DNA of 33,850 nucleotides from Rhodospirillales bacterium (GTDB lineage Bacteria; Pseudomonadota; Alphaproteobacteria; CACIAM-22H2): NCBI GenBank assembly GCA_016195145.1, contig JACQAF010000161.1, positions 1 to 33,850 of the forward strand, read 5' to 3'. Shown piece by piece: positions 26,060 to 33,850 of this stretch (position 1 is its first letter; each line of letters starts with the position of its first letter). The notes under the pieces were generated by a model. It saw only the letters and a program-made list of their open reading frames with translations, ran no database searches and was not told where the DNA came from. The position numbers and the translations under genes were made by a program.

Positions 26060-26613
26060 TAATCAATCGCGGGGGCCCTCGGAATCGTCGGGACAGATCC
26101 TCCAGACTTGTAGATCGGATATGTTGCAGCACTGTTCGAATTCGGTCCAGAAAGCATGCGATATGTTGGCGCACGATATGAATTAGCATGCCCTATCACG
26201 AGAGCGTCAAAGTCTTTCTGCGATATGCCATCTGGTGGAGAGATTTTATAAACATTTTTACCGCTCTGAAATGCCTCTAAATCTTTGGCACTGGTCTCGG
26301 CGCTCTTGTTAAACTCGACATTCCCTCCGCCAAGAGAAAACTGTGCGTCGATCTTTGCCGTTGCGGTGTCATTCCCCTGATATACGAACAAGCCGCAATG
26401 ATTGAACGGAGAGCCTGCTACATCGCGACACGCCAGCGCCACTTCATTGAAGAGGTAACCGAAGGCGGCGGTGACGGCGCCGTTCTGGAACTTGCCGCCG
26501 GCGAGGACGGAGGTCGTGCCGCCGATCACCGCGTGGCTGACCAGCCGCACGGCGAAATCGTTCGACGGGATCAGCGGCCCGGCGAACGATCCGGTGGCGC
26601 CGGCCAGGGCCTG
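26023..26613 (-). pseudogene. Orphan polymorphic-toxin (RHS-type) C-terminal cassette 1 with candidate papain-like tip
   Basis: Open frame: Gly/Ala-rich pre-toxin segment ...GGTTSVLAGGKFQNGAVTAAFGYLFN, then an abrupt drop in GC and a ~140-aa tip with FNHCGLFV and YRMLSGPNSNS. No convincing own start or RBS. Confidence 0.7.
26460..26594. repeat. 135-bp direct repeat (pre-toxin homology segment), copy 2
   Basis: 133/135 identical to 24775-24909 (offset 1685). Confidence 0.95.
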
Positions 26614-27068
26614 CGATCCGCAATCCCCGCTCTGCGCCGCCAAGACGCTCCGGCTCGTCGGCATGCGCGGCGGCGCTCCCGAACTCGCCGTCGATCTCAC
26701 CGGGCTCGCCGAGCCGGAGGCCCGATACTGGCCCCGGATCATCGCTTTCTTGAGATAGGACCCAATTCCGGCAACCGACACTTCCGGCGCCAAGCATCGG
26801 GCGGCACGCGCTGCCTCGATATGCCCCGAATACCGCCGTGCGGCATCCCGGCCTGGATGGCCCCCCAACGATACGAGGCAGGGGAATGGCGCCCGGGCAC
26901 CCGTAACGCAACCAAGCTGGAGCGCTTTCCAGTCCGCAGGAATCGCTGAAAGGCTGCCTAGCATGGCGCAAAATACCTATTTTGACGCTGCTTCTGATGC
27001 TGCTCATGAAACATATCGTTTGGTTGCTACGGACCCGGCCGATAACCTGTTTGTGAAGGGGCATTAAT

Positions 27069-27098
27069 TTGACAACGTTGCGCGCCGCGCCCTAAATT
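27069..27098 (+). promoter_or_regulatory. sigma70 promoter giving an apparently leaderless transcript
   Basis: TTGACA-N18-TAAATT. ATG27106 follows the -10 after 7 nt, and there is no SD. Confidence 0.6.
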
Positions 27099-27105
27099 CC
27101 GGCCC

Positions 27106-27441
27106 ATGATCCGCAAAGTCATCACGGCGCTGTTCGTCCTCGCGTCGGTACTTATCGGTTTCTCGCCGGTCGGCGCGCCGACCGCGAGCCCGATGGCCGC
27201 CTCTATGGATATGCAGGAACCCTGCTGCGACATTTGCGACCGGCAGGCCATGCCCGAAATGGGGAAGTGTCAGACGATGGCTGTTTGCGTGACTGCGCCG
27301 TCGCCGGTGCTCCCGGACTATGTAGCCGTGCCGGTGCGCTTCTTCACCACCGCCGTACATCCGATGCGGCGGCAGGCGGCGTTGGCATCGGCCGGTTCGC
27401 TGCCACCCTTCCGACCACCGCGATCCTCCCTCCTCGTCTGA
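27106..27441 (+). CDS. Cys/Met-rich exported leader peptide with C-terminal Pro-rich RPPR motif (CutF/CruR/DUF2946-like uORF)
   Basis: Sec-type N-terminus, MDMQEPCCDICD, further Met and Cys, ends LPPFRPPRSSLLV*. Lies directly upstream of cusBA. Confidence 0.72.
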   Translation: MIRKVITALFVLASVLIGFSPVGAPTASPMAASMDMQEPCCDICDRQAMPEMGKCQTMAVCVTAPSPVLPDYVAVPVRFFTTAVHPMRRQAALASAGSLPPFRPPRSSLLV

Positions 27442-27547
27442 GCTGCTGCCTCGGCCGCTTTGCGGCTGAGCGCGAACGCGCGGCTGGCTTGTCGTCGACC
27501 GGACGGCAAACGCCGCGAGCCGCCAACACGTAGTGAGGATTGCAACA

Positions 27548-29107
27548 ATGAGGAAAATCGTTCCGCTATTCGGCGGCGTGGCCACGTTGGTCGCCGCCCT
27601 GCTAATTCTGTTCCCCGGCTTGTCCGGCGCCGCCGCGCAAACCTGGGAAGCCGTCAATCCGCAAATCGCCGTCGGCAAGAACATCCGTCTGGAGGTGAGG
27701 CTAGTGGAGGCCGACGGCAAAGCCATCGCCAGACTCGTCACTGCAAAATCGACACGGCTTGATATGGGGCCAGACGGCATGGCGACGATGACCTCTCGCC
27801 TCAAGCCCGTCGCGACGACGACCTCCGGCGCCCTTGCGTTCGAGACCGACATCGTCATGGCCGGCCGTTGGGCGTTGACCATCAGCGGCACGCCGGCGGG
27901 CCAGTCGACACCGATTTCCGGTATGGTGATCTTTACCGCCACGGAGAAGCGCAGCGAGACGGAACCGCCCGCGGACAAAGCGGCGCCTGCCGAGCGCAAG
28001 CCCGCTTACTACCGAAACCCGATGGGCCTGCCGGACATATCGCCCACGCCCAAGAAGGACTGGATGGGAATGGACTACATCCCCGTCTATGCCGACGAGG
28101 CGAACGATCCGCCCGGCACGGTGCGCATCAGCCTTGCCAAGGTACAGCGCGCCGGCGTGCGCACGGAGGAAGTGACGCGGCGCAATCTCGCGCGCACTGT
28201 GCGCGCCGTCGGCACCATCGAGCCCGACGAGAGCCGCCTTGCCGTTGTAACCGCCAAGTTCGGCGGCTTCGTCGAGGAACTATTCGTACCGGTGACCGGA
28301 GCGTCGGTGCGCGCCGGCGCCCCGCTCATACGGGTGTGGATCGAAAGCACCGAGATTCTGCAGAAGCAATCGGACCTGCTGACCGCCCTGCGCGGTGGGG
28401 CGGGGCGCCCCGAGGACGTGGACAGGGCCGTGCGCAACCTGCGCCTGTTCGGCATTCCCGATCCGGTGATCAACCGCCTGCGCGACACGCGCGAGCCTGT
28501 ACGCTCGATCGTGCTCACCGCGCCCGCGGATGGCACGGTGATGCAGAAACCGGCGCTGGTGGGTATGCGCTTCGCGCCCGGCGACACGCTGTTCAAGACC
28601 GCCGATCTGTCGAAAGTCTGGGTCCGGGCCCAGGTGGCTGAACGCGATTTGGCGTTGGTTCGTGCTGGACAGGGAGTGCGGGTCATCCTGAAGGCGTACG
28701 ACGATCAACCCCGCGACGGCCGGGTTGCCTTCGTTTATCCCGAGCTCGACGCCCCGACACGCACCGCCCAAATCCGGATCGAACTGGACAATCGCGACGG
28801 GGTACTGCGTGCCGGGCTCTACGCCGATGTTGAAATCGACACGCGCTCCGACACGCCGGTGATCGCCATTCCGGACTCCGCCATCATCGACAGCGGCAGG
28901 CGCCGGGTCGCCTTCGTCGCCAAGGACGGCGGCGTGTTCGAGCCGCGTGATCTCCTGCTGGGCCGCCGCGGCAACGGCTTTGTCGAGGTTCGCAGAGGCC
29001 TCGCCGAAGGCGAGCGCATCGTTGTCACCGGCAATTTCCTGATCGACGCGGAGAGCAATCTGCGCGCGGCCCTGGCCACCTTCGACCCGCCGCCGGATGC
29101 GCAATGA
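27548..29107 (+). CDS. cusB: CusB-like RND periplasmic adaptor with fused N-terminal YtkA/FixH-like domain
   Basis: N-domain RLDMGPDGMATM...MAGRWAL; metal-binding YYRNPMG...KKDWMGMDYIPVY; MFP core (TAPADGTV, DLSKVWV, VYPELD..TRT, FLIDAESNL). SD GAGGA precedes ATG27548. Confidence 0.9.
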   Translation: MRKIVPLFGGVATLVAALLILFPGLSGAAAQTWEAVNPQIAVGKNIRLEVRLVEADGKAIARLVTAKSTRLDMGPDGMATMTSRLKPVATTTSGALAFETDIVMAGRWALTISGTPAGQSTPISGMVIFTATEKRSETEPPADKAAPAERKPAYYRNPMGLPDISPTPKKDWMGMDYIPVYADEANDPPGTVRISLAKVQRAGVRTEEVTRRNLARTVRAVGTIEPDESRLAVVTAKFGGFVEELFVPVTGASVRAGAPLIRVWIESTEILQKQSDLLTALRGGAGRPEDVDRAVRNLRLFGIPDPVINRLRDTREPVRSIVLTAPADGTVMQKPALVGMRFAPGDTLFKTADLSKVWVRAQVAERDLALVRAGQGVRVILKAYDDQPRDGRVAFVYPELDAPTRTAQIRIELDNRDGVLRAGLYADVEIDTRSDTPVIAIPDSAIIDSGRRRVAFVAKDGGVFEPRDLLLGRRGNGFVEVRRGLAEGERIVVTGNFLIDAESNLRAALATFDPPPDAQ

Positions 29108-32100
29108 TCGCCGCGCTCATCCGCTGGTCGGCGACCAACATCGTGTTGGTCCTGATCGGCGCGGTATTCGTGACGCTGGCCGGGCTCTACGCGATGACGC
29201 GTATCCCGCTGGACGCGATTCCCGACCTCTCGGACACCCAGGTCATCGTCTACACGGAGTACCCCGGCCAGGCGCCACAGGTTGTCGAGGATCAGGTCAC
29301 ATTTCCGCTGACCACGTCGCTCTTGAGCGTGCCGCGCTCCAAGGTGGTGCGCGGCTTCTCGATGTTCGGGGTGTCCTTCGTCTATGTCATTTTCGAGGAC
29401 GGCACCGATATCTATTGGGCACGCAGCCGCGTGCTCGAATACCTGAACGTCGCCGCGCGGCGGCTGCCGAGCGGCGTGACCCCCGGCCTTGGCCCGGACG
29501 CCACCGGCGTCGGCTGGGTCTACCAATACGCGCTCACCGCCAAGGACCAAGACCTCGCCAGCTTGCGTTCGCAGCAAGACTGGCAAGTGCGCTTCAGCGT
29601 CGCGAAGGCCGAGGGTGTTGCCGAAGTTGCGAGCGTCGGCGGCTTCGTCAAACAATACGCGGTCGTGGTCGATCCGCATCGCATGCGGTCGTTCGGCATC
29701 TCGCTCAAGACGATTCAAAACGCGGTCCGCAGCAGCAACATGGATGTCGGCGGCCGCACCATCGAGCTAGCGGAAACGGAGTTCATGATCCGTGGTCGCG
29801 GCTATATACGCGATCTCGCCGATCTGGAGCGGATCACGCTGATGGTCGATAACGGCACGCCCGTGCTGCTGCGCGACGTGGCGCGCGTCGAGCTGGTACC
29901 GGACGAGCGACGCGGCATCGCCGAGATGAATGGCGAAGGCGAAGTGGTCAGCGGGATTGCCGTGCAACGCTACGGCGTCAACGCGCTCGACGTCATCCGC
30001 TCGGTCAAGGAGCGCCTTGCCGAAGTGGCGTCGAGTCTGCCATCCGGGATCGAGATCGTTCCGGTCTATGACCGCTCGGCGCTCATCGAGCGCGCCATCG
30101 CTACACTGATCGCCACGCTGACCGAGGAGAGCATCGTCGTGGCGCTGGTGTGCTTTGTCTTTCTGCTCCACGCGCGGAGCGCCCTGGTGGCGATCCTCAC
30201 CCTGCCCATCGGGATTCTTATCTCCTTCGCCGCCATGCATGTGCTCGGGATCAGCTCGAACATCATGAGCTTGGGCGGCATCGCCATTGCCATCGGCGCT
30301 ATGGTCGACGCGGCTATCGTCATGATCGAGAACGCCCATAAGCGCTTGGAGCACGCAAGGCCCGAAGCTTCGCGCACCGAAGTCCTGATCGGGGCGGCGC
30401 AGGAAGTCGGGCCGGCGCTGTTCTTCAGTCTGTTGATCATTACGGTGTCGTTCTTGCCGATCTTCGCGCTCGAATCGCAGGAAGGCCGCCTGTTCAAACC
30501 ACTCGCCTACACCAAGACTTTCGCCATGGCGGCCGCGGCGATCCTGTCCATTACTCTCGTGCCGGCGCTTATGGTTCTGTTCATACGCGGCCGCATCGTC
30601 GCCGAGGCCAAGAACCCGATCAACCGGCTGTTGATCTGGCTTTATCGGCCCGTAATCGGCTTGGTCCTGAGGGCAAAAATCCTCACGCTCGTCATTGCGG
30701 CGGCAATTCTTGGTTCCGCCGTCATCCCGGCCCAGCGTCTCGGCACCGAGTTCATGCCCAACCTCAACGAGGGCACGTTGTTCTACATGCCGACGACGTT
30801 GCCCGGTCTGTCGGTGACCAAGGCAGCGGAGCTGCTCCAGGCTCAGAACAAGATTATTCGCTCATTCCCGGAGATCGACACGGTATGGGGCAAAGCCGGC
30901 CGCGCGCAGACCGCGACCGATCCTGCGCCGACCGAGATGTTCGAGACGATCATCAATTTGAAGCCGGCGGCTCAGTGGCGACCCGGCGTCACCGTGGACT
31001 CGCTAATCGCCGAGATGGATACGGCCCTGCAGTTTCCCGGCGTGAGCAACGCCTGGACCATGCCGATCAAGGCCCGCATCGACATGCTGGCGACTGGGAT
31101 TCGCACGCCGGTCGGCATCAAGCTGTTCGGCGATGATTTGCGCGAACTGGAGCGGCTGGCGCGCGAGATCGAGACTGTGGTTCGGGCCGTGCCGGGAACG
31201 GCGAGTGCCTACGCCGAGCGGGTGAACAGCGGTTACTTCCTGGAAATCGAAACCGACCGCGACCGGCTCGCTCGCTACGGTCTGATGGTCGAGAACGTGC
31301 AAGAGACAATCGCCATGGCGCTCGGCGCCGCACCGGTGACAACCACCGTAGAGGGTCGCGAGCGCTATGCCGTCGTTCTGCGCTACCCGCGCGACGTACG
31401 CAGTGATCCGGATGCCATCGCGTCCGAGGTTCTGGTGTCGCTACCCAACGGTGCGGCGATTCCGCTCGGCGATGTCGCGACAATTCAACGCACGCAAGGT
31501 CCGACAAGCATCCGGACCGAAAACGGCCGGCTGGCGGTCTACCTCTATATCGATATGCGCGACCGCGATCTCGGCGGTTATGTGCGCGAGGCCCGCGAAA
31601 TCGTTTCACGCTCTGTCCAACTGCCGCCGGGCTACTCCGCCGTGTGGAGCGGCCAATTCGAATACTTCGAACGGGCGCAGAAACGGCTGCAGATAGTTGT
31701 GCCAGCGACCCTGCTGGCGATCTTTCTGCTCCTCTATTTGAATTTCCGCCGCCTGACCGAGACGTTAATTGTGATGCTGTCGCTGCCGTTCTCACTCGTC
31801 GGCGGGTTGTGGATGATGTACGCCATGGGTTTCAACCTGAGCGTGGCAGCCGCCGTGGGGTTCATCGCGCTGGCCGGAGTCGCCGCTGAAACCGGCGTCG
31901 TGATGCTCATCTATCTTGATCATGCCTATCGCGATCGTGCGGCCGCGTGCGCGCACAAAGGCGAGCCCCTGACCCGACAGGATATCTATAAGGCGATTAT
32001 GGTTGGCGCCGTCGATAGGGTGCGGCCGAAGATGATGACGGTAACAGCGATCATGGCCGGGCTCTTACCGATTCTGTGGAGCAGCGGCACCGGCTCGGAA

Positions 32101-32253
32101 GTGATGCGCCGGATCGCAGTTCCTATGATCGGCGGCATGGTCTCGTCGACCGTGCTCACTCTCATCGTCATCCCGGCGATCTACGCTCTCGTCAAGGGCG
32201 CAGCGCTGCGGCGCGCATTGAGAATGGATGCCCCCGCTCCAGCGGCGAGATGA
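29104..32253 (+). CDS. cusA: CusA/SilA-family Cu(I)/Ag(I) RND efflux pump
   Basis: Motifs LDAIPDLSDTQVI, GPDATGVGW, GAMVDAAIVMIEN and RVRPKMMT. Met triad equivalents in LFYMP, TEMFET and RIDMLATG. Confidence 0.96.
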   Translation: MIAALIRWSATNIVLVLIGAVFVTLAGLYAMTRIPLDAIPDLSDTQVIVYTEYPGQAPQVVEDQVTFPLTTSLLSVPRSKVVRGFSMFGVSFVYVIFEDGTDIYWARSRVLEYLNVAARRLPSGVTPGLGPDATGVGWVYQYALTAKDQDLASLRSQQDWQVRFSVAKAEGVAEVASVGGFVKQYAVVVDPHRMRSFGISLKTIQNAVRSSNMDVGGRTIELAETEFMIRGRGYIRDLADLERITLMVDNGTPVLLRDVARVELVPDERRGIAEMNGEGEVVSGIAVQRYGVNALDVIRSVKERLAEVASSLPSGIEIVPVYDRSALIERAIATLIATLTEESIVVALVCFVFLLHARSALVAILTLPIGILISFAAMHVLGISSNIMSLGGIAIAIGAMVDAAIVMIENAHKRLEHARPEASRTEVLIGAAQEVGPALFFSLLIITVSFLPIFALESQEGRLFKPLAYTKTFAMAAAAILSITLVPALMVLFIRGRIVAEAKNPINRLLIWLYRPVIGLVLRAKILTLVIAAAILGSAVIPAQRLGTEFMPNLNEGTLFYMPTTLPGLSVTKAAELLQAQNKIIRSFPEIDTVWGKAGRAQTATDPAPTEMFETIINLKPAAQWRPGVTVDSLIAEMDTALQFPGVSNAWTMPIKARIDMLATGIRTPVGIKLFGDDLRELERLAREIETVVRAVPGTASAYAERVNSGYFLEIETDRDRLARYGLMVENVQETIAMALGAAPVTTTVEGRERYAVVLRYPRDVRSDPDAIASEVLVSLPNGAAIPLGDVATIQRTQGPTSIRTENGRLAVYLYIDMRDRDLGGYVREAREIVSRSVQLPPGYSAVWSGQFEYFERAQKRLQIVVPATLLAIFLLLYLNFRRLTETLIVMLSLPFSLVGGLWMMYAMGFNLSVAAAVGFIALAGVAAETGVVMLIYLDHAYRDRAAACAHKGEPLTRQDIYKAIMVGAVDRVRPKMMTVTAIMAGLLPILWSSGTGSEVMRRIAVPMIGGMVSSTVLTLIVIPAIYALVKGAALRRALRMDAPAPAAR

Positions 32254-32506
32254 ACACCGCAGGGTCGTGTCACGCGAGGAAGCATGAGCCGCATGATGGG
32301 CGGCATGGGATCGACGATGGGCAAAATTACATGGCCGCATCGCAGCGATCGTCTCATCCTATGCATTGCGCGCACACTGGCCGATCCCGACAATGCAGCG
32401 CAGGTCGCGCGCTGACATTGTCGAGGCGCCTTTGCGCGGGACGAAGCCGATTATTCTATCGGCTTGGCTTTCCGGCCCCATCGGCCGTCGTTAACGAGCG
32501 TCATAC

Positions 32507-33472
32507 CTATTCAATCTTGATATCCGCTGCCTTGATCAGCTCGCTATTGGCCTTGATGTCGTTTTCCAAAAATCTTGCCATTTCCTCCGGCGTCTGCAAC
32601 GGCACGAGAACATTGATCGCTTGCATACGCGCCTTCATCGCATCGGTCTTGGCAATGTCGAGAATTGTCCGGTTAAATTTCGCAATGACGTCCTTCGACA
32701 CGCCAGATGGCGCCTGAATCGAAAACCAGATCGGGACGTCAGCCCCTTCATAGCCGAGCTCTTTGAGCGTCGGTACGTTCGGGAATTCAGGATATCTCTC
32801 CGTGTGATTGACGGCGAGCAGGATCACTTTACCGCCCTTGACGTGCGAAATCGCACTGAGTTCATTCATCATCTGAATGTTCCCGGCGAGCAAATCGTTG
32901 AGCGCATCCGCGCTGCCGCGATAAGGCACATGAAGGATGTCGACGCCTGCTTTGTACTTCAGCATCTCAATTCGAAGGTGCGTCGAAGTGCCCAGCCCCG
33001 ACGAACCGAAGGCGAGCTTGCCTGGCTTGGCTTTCGCATAGGCGATCAGATCCGGGAAGGTTTTTACGCCAACGGATGGATGAACCACGAAGCCGGTAAT
33101 CTGGTCGCCGACGCGGCCGACTGGCGAGAAGCTAAGGATCGGGTCGTAGGGAGTCTTGCGCAACTGCGGCAACACGCTAAGCGGCGCATTTGGCGTCAAC
33201 AGGAACGTATAACCGTCAGGCGACGCTTTCGCGGCAATTTCGGTGCCGATCATGCCGCTGGCGCCGCCGCGATTCTCGACGACGAATTGCTGACCCAGGG
33301 CCTGGCTCAGTTTTTCTGCCCAGGGCCTGCCGATCAGGTCAGTGCCTCCCCCTGGACCATAGGGCAAGATCAGCTTGACCGGCCTGTCCGGCCAACTTTG
33401 CGCCAATGCCGGCAGGCTCTCCATTATGGCAAGAGCGACGATAAGAAAACCAAAGAAATTTCGGCGCATCAT
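32507..33472 (-). CDS. Bug/TctC-family periplasmic substrate-binding protein
   Basis: Motifs WPDRPVKLILPYGPGGGTD, ENRGGASGMIG, HVPYRGSADAL and PNVPTLKELG. Confidence 0.92.
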   Translation of the reverse strand: MMRRNFFGFLIVALAIMESLPALAQSWPDRPVKLILPYGPGGGTDLIGRPWAEKLSQALGQQFVVENRGGASGMIGTEIAAKASPDGYTFLLTPNAPLSVLPQLRKTPYDPILSFSPVGRVGDQITGFVVHPSVGVKTFPDLIAYAKAKPGKLAFGSSGLGTSTHLRIEMLKYKAGVDILHVPYRGSADALNDLLAGNIQMMNELSAISHVKGGKVILLAVNHTERYPEFPNVPTLKELGYEGADVPIWFSIQAPSGVSKDVIAKFNRTILDIAKTDAMKARMQAINVLVPLQTPEEMARFLENDIKANSELIKAADIKIE

Positions 33473-33499
33473 TCTACGTTACCTCCGTTGGGTTCATGA

Positions 33500-33850
33500 T
33501 TATTCCTGAAATGCCTTCTCCCGCGCCTTACCCACCTTGGGCAAAACGATGAATACGAGCAGCACGACGACGAGAATCAGAAAAGTAAGCGATAGCGGCC
33601 GCTCGACGAACACCCAGGGATCGCCGCGCGACAACAGCATGGCGCGCCGCAAATAGGTCTCCATCATCGGACCGAGAATAAACCCCAGCAGCATCGGCGC
33701 CGGCTCGCAATCAAGTTTGAACAGCAAGTATCCAACCACCCCGAAGAAGGCAATGAGCAGCACCTCGTTCGCCGAGTTGTTCAGGCTGTAAACGCCGATG
33801 CTGCAGAAAAACAGGATGGCTATGGCGAGCAGCCGGTAGGGCACCAGCAG
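33500..33850 (-). CDS. tctA: TctA permease, C-terminal part (runs off the window)
   Basis: Motifs CSIGVYSLNNS, FGVVGY, EPAPMLLGFILGPMME and FVERPLS. Confidence 0.88.
   Translation of the reverse strand: MLVPYRLLAIAILFFCSIGVYSLNNSANEVLLIAFFGVVGYLLFKLDCEPAPMLLGFILGPMMETYLRRAMLLSRGDPWVFVERPLSLTFLILVVVLLVFIVLPKVGKAREKAFQE

Noticed and set aside
23718-26060. Integron cassette array or CRISPR array
   Set aside because: No attC-like RYYYAAC...GTTRRRY palindromes, no integrase, and no regular repeat-spacer periodicity. The long repeat is protein-coding.
26614-26964. N-terminal ~117 aa of ORF 26023..26964 as a real toxin N-terminus
   Set aside because: Low-complexity, non-RHS-like sequence with no clear RBS. 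Part of it is better explained by a plus-strand gene remnant.

Overview
High-GC bacterial DNA, most likely an alphaproteobacterium. This is an inference from the Zn-ribbon DinB, the YtkA/FixH-like CusB and the MerB type. From left to right: a luciferase-like monooxygenase; a minus-strand block with a pentapeptide-repeat protein, dinB and a DHDPS/NAL-family enzyme; a complete Burkholderia-style L-Ara4N lipid A operon (arnT, flippase, arnB, arnC, split arnA1/arnA2, arnD); and a GntR-controlled FAH-tctCBA catabolic operon whose tctA has an internal deletion and frameshift. An accessory metal/redox block follows (MBL hydrolase, COG0523 GTPase, YbhB/YbcL, secreted alpha/beta hydrolase, Crp/Fnr regulator with a palindrome over its own start, and an orphan merB behind a textbook MerR-type promoter), then upp. 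Next is a ~3 kb AT-richer, decaying array of orphan polymorphic-toxin (RHS-type) C-terminal/immunity cassettes sharing a 135-bp pre-toxin repeat. After it comes a cusBA copper/silver efflux locus, preceded by an apparently leaderless Cys/Met-rich uORF whose C-terminal RPPR codons carry an anti-Shine-Dalgarno sequence for cusB (a candidate copper-sensing ribosome-arrest switch). The window ends with a second Bug/TctC and a partial tctA. I saw no tRNA, rRNA, CRISPR array, integrase or transposase. All family calls are by eye from motifs; no searches were run.
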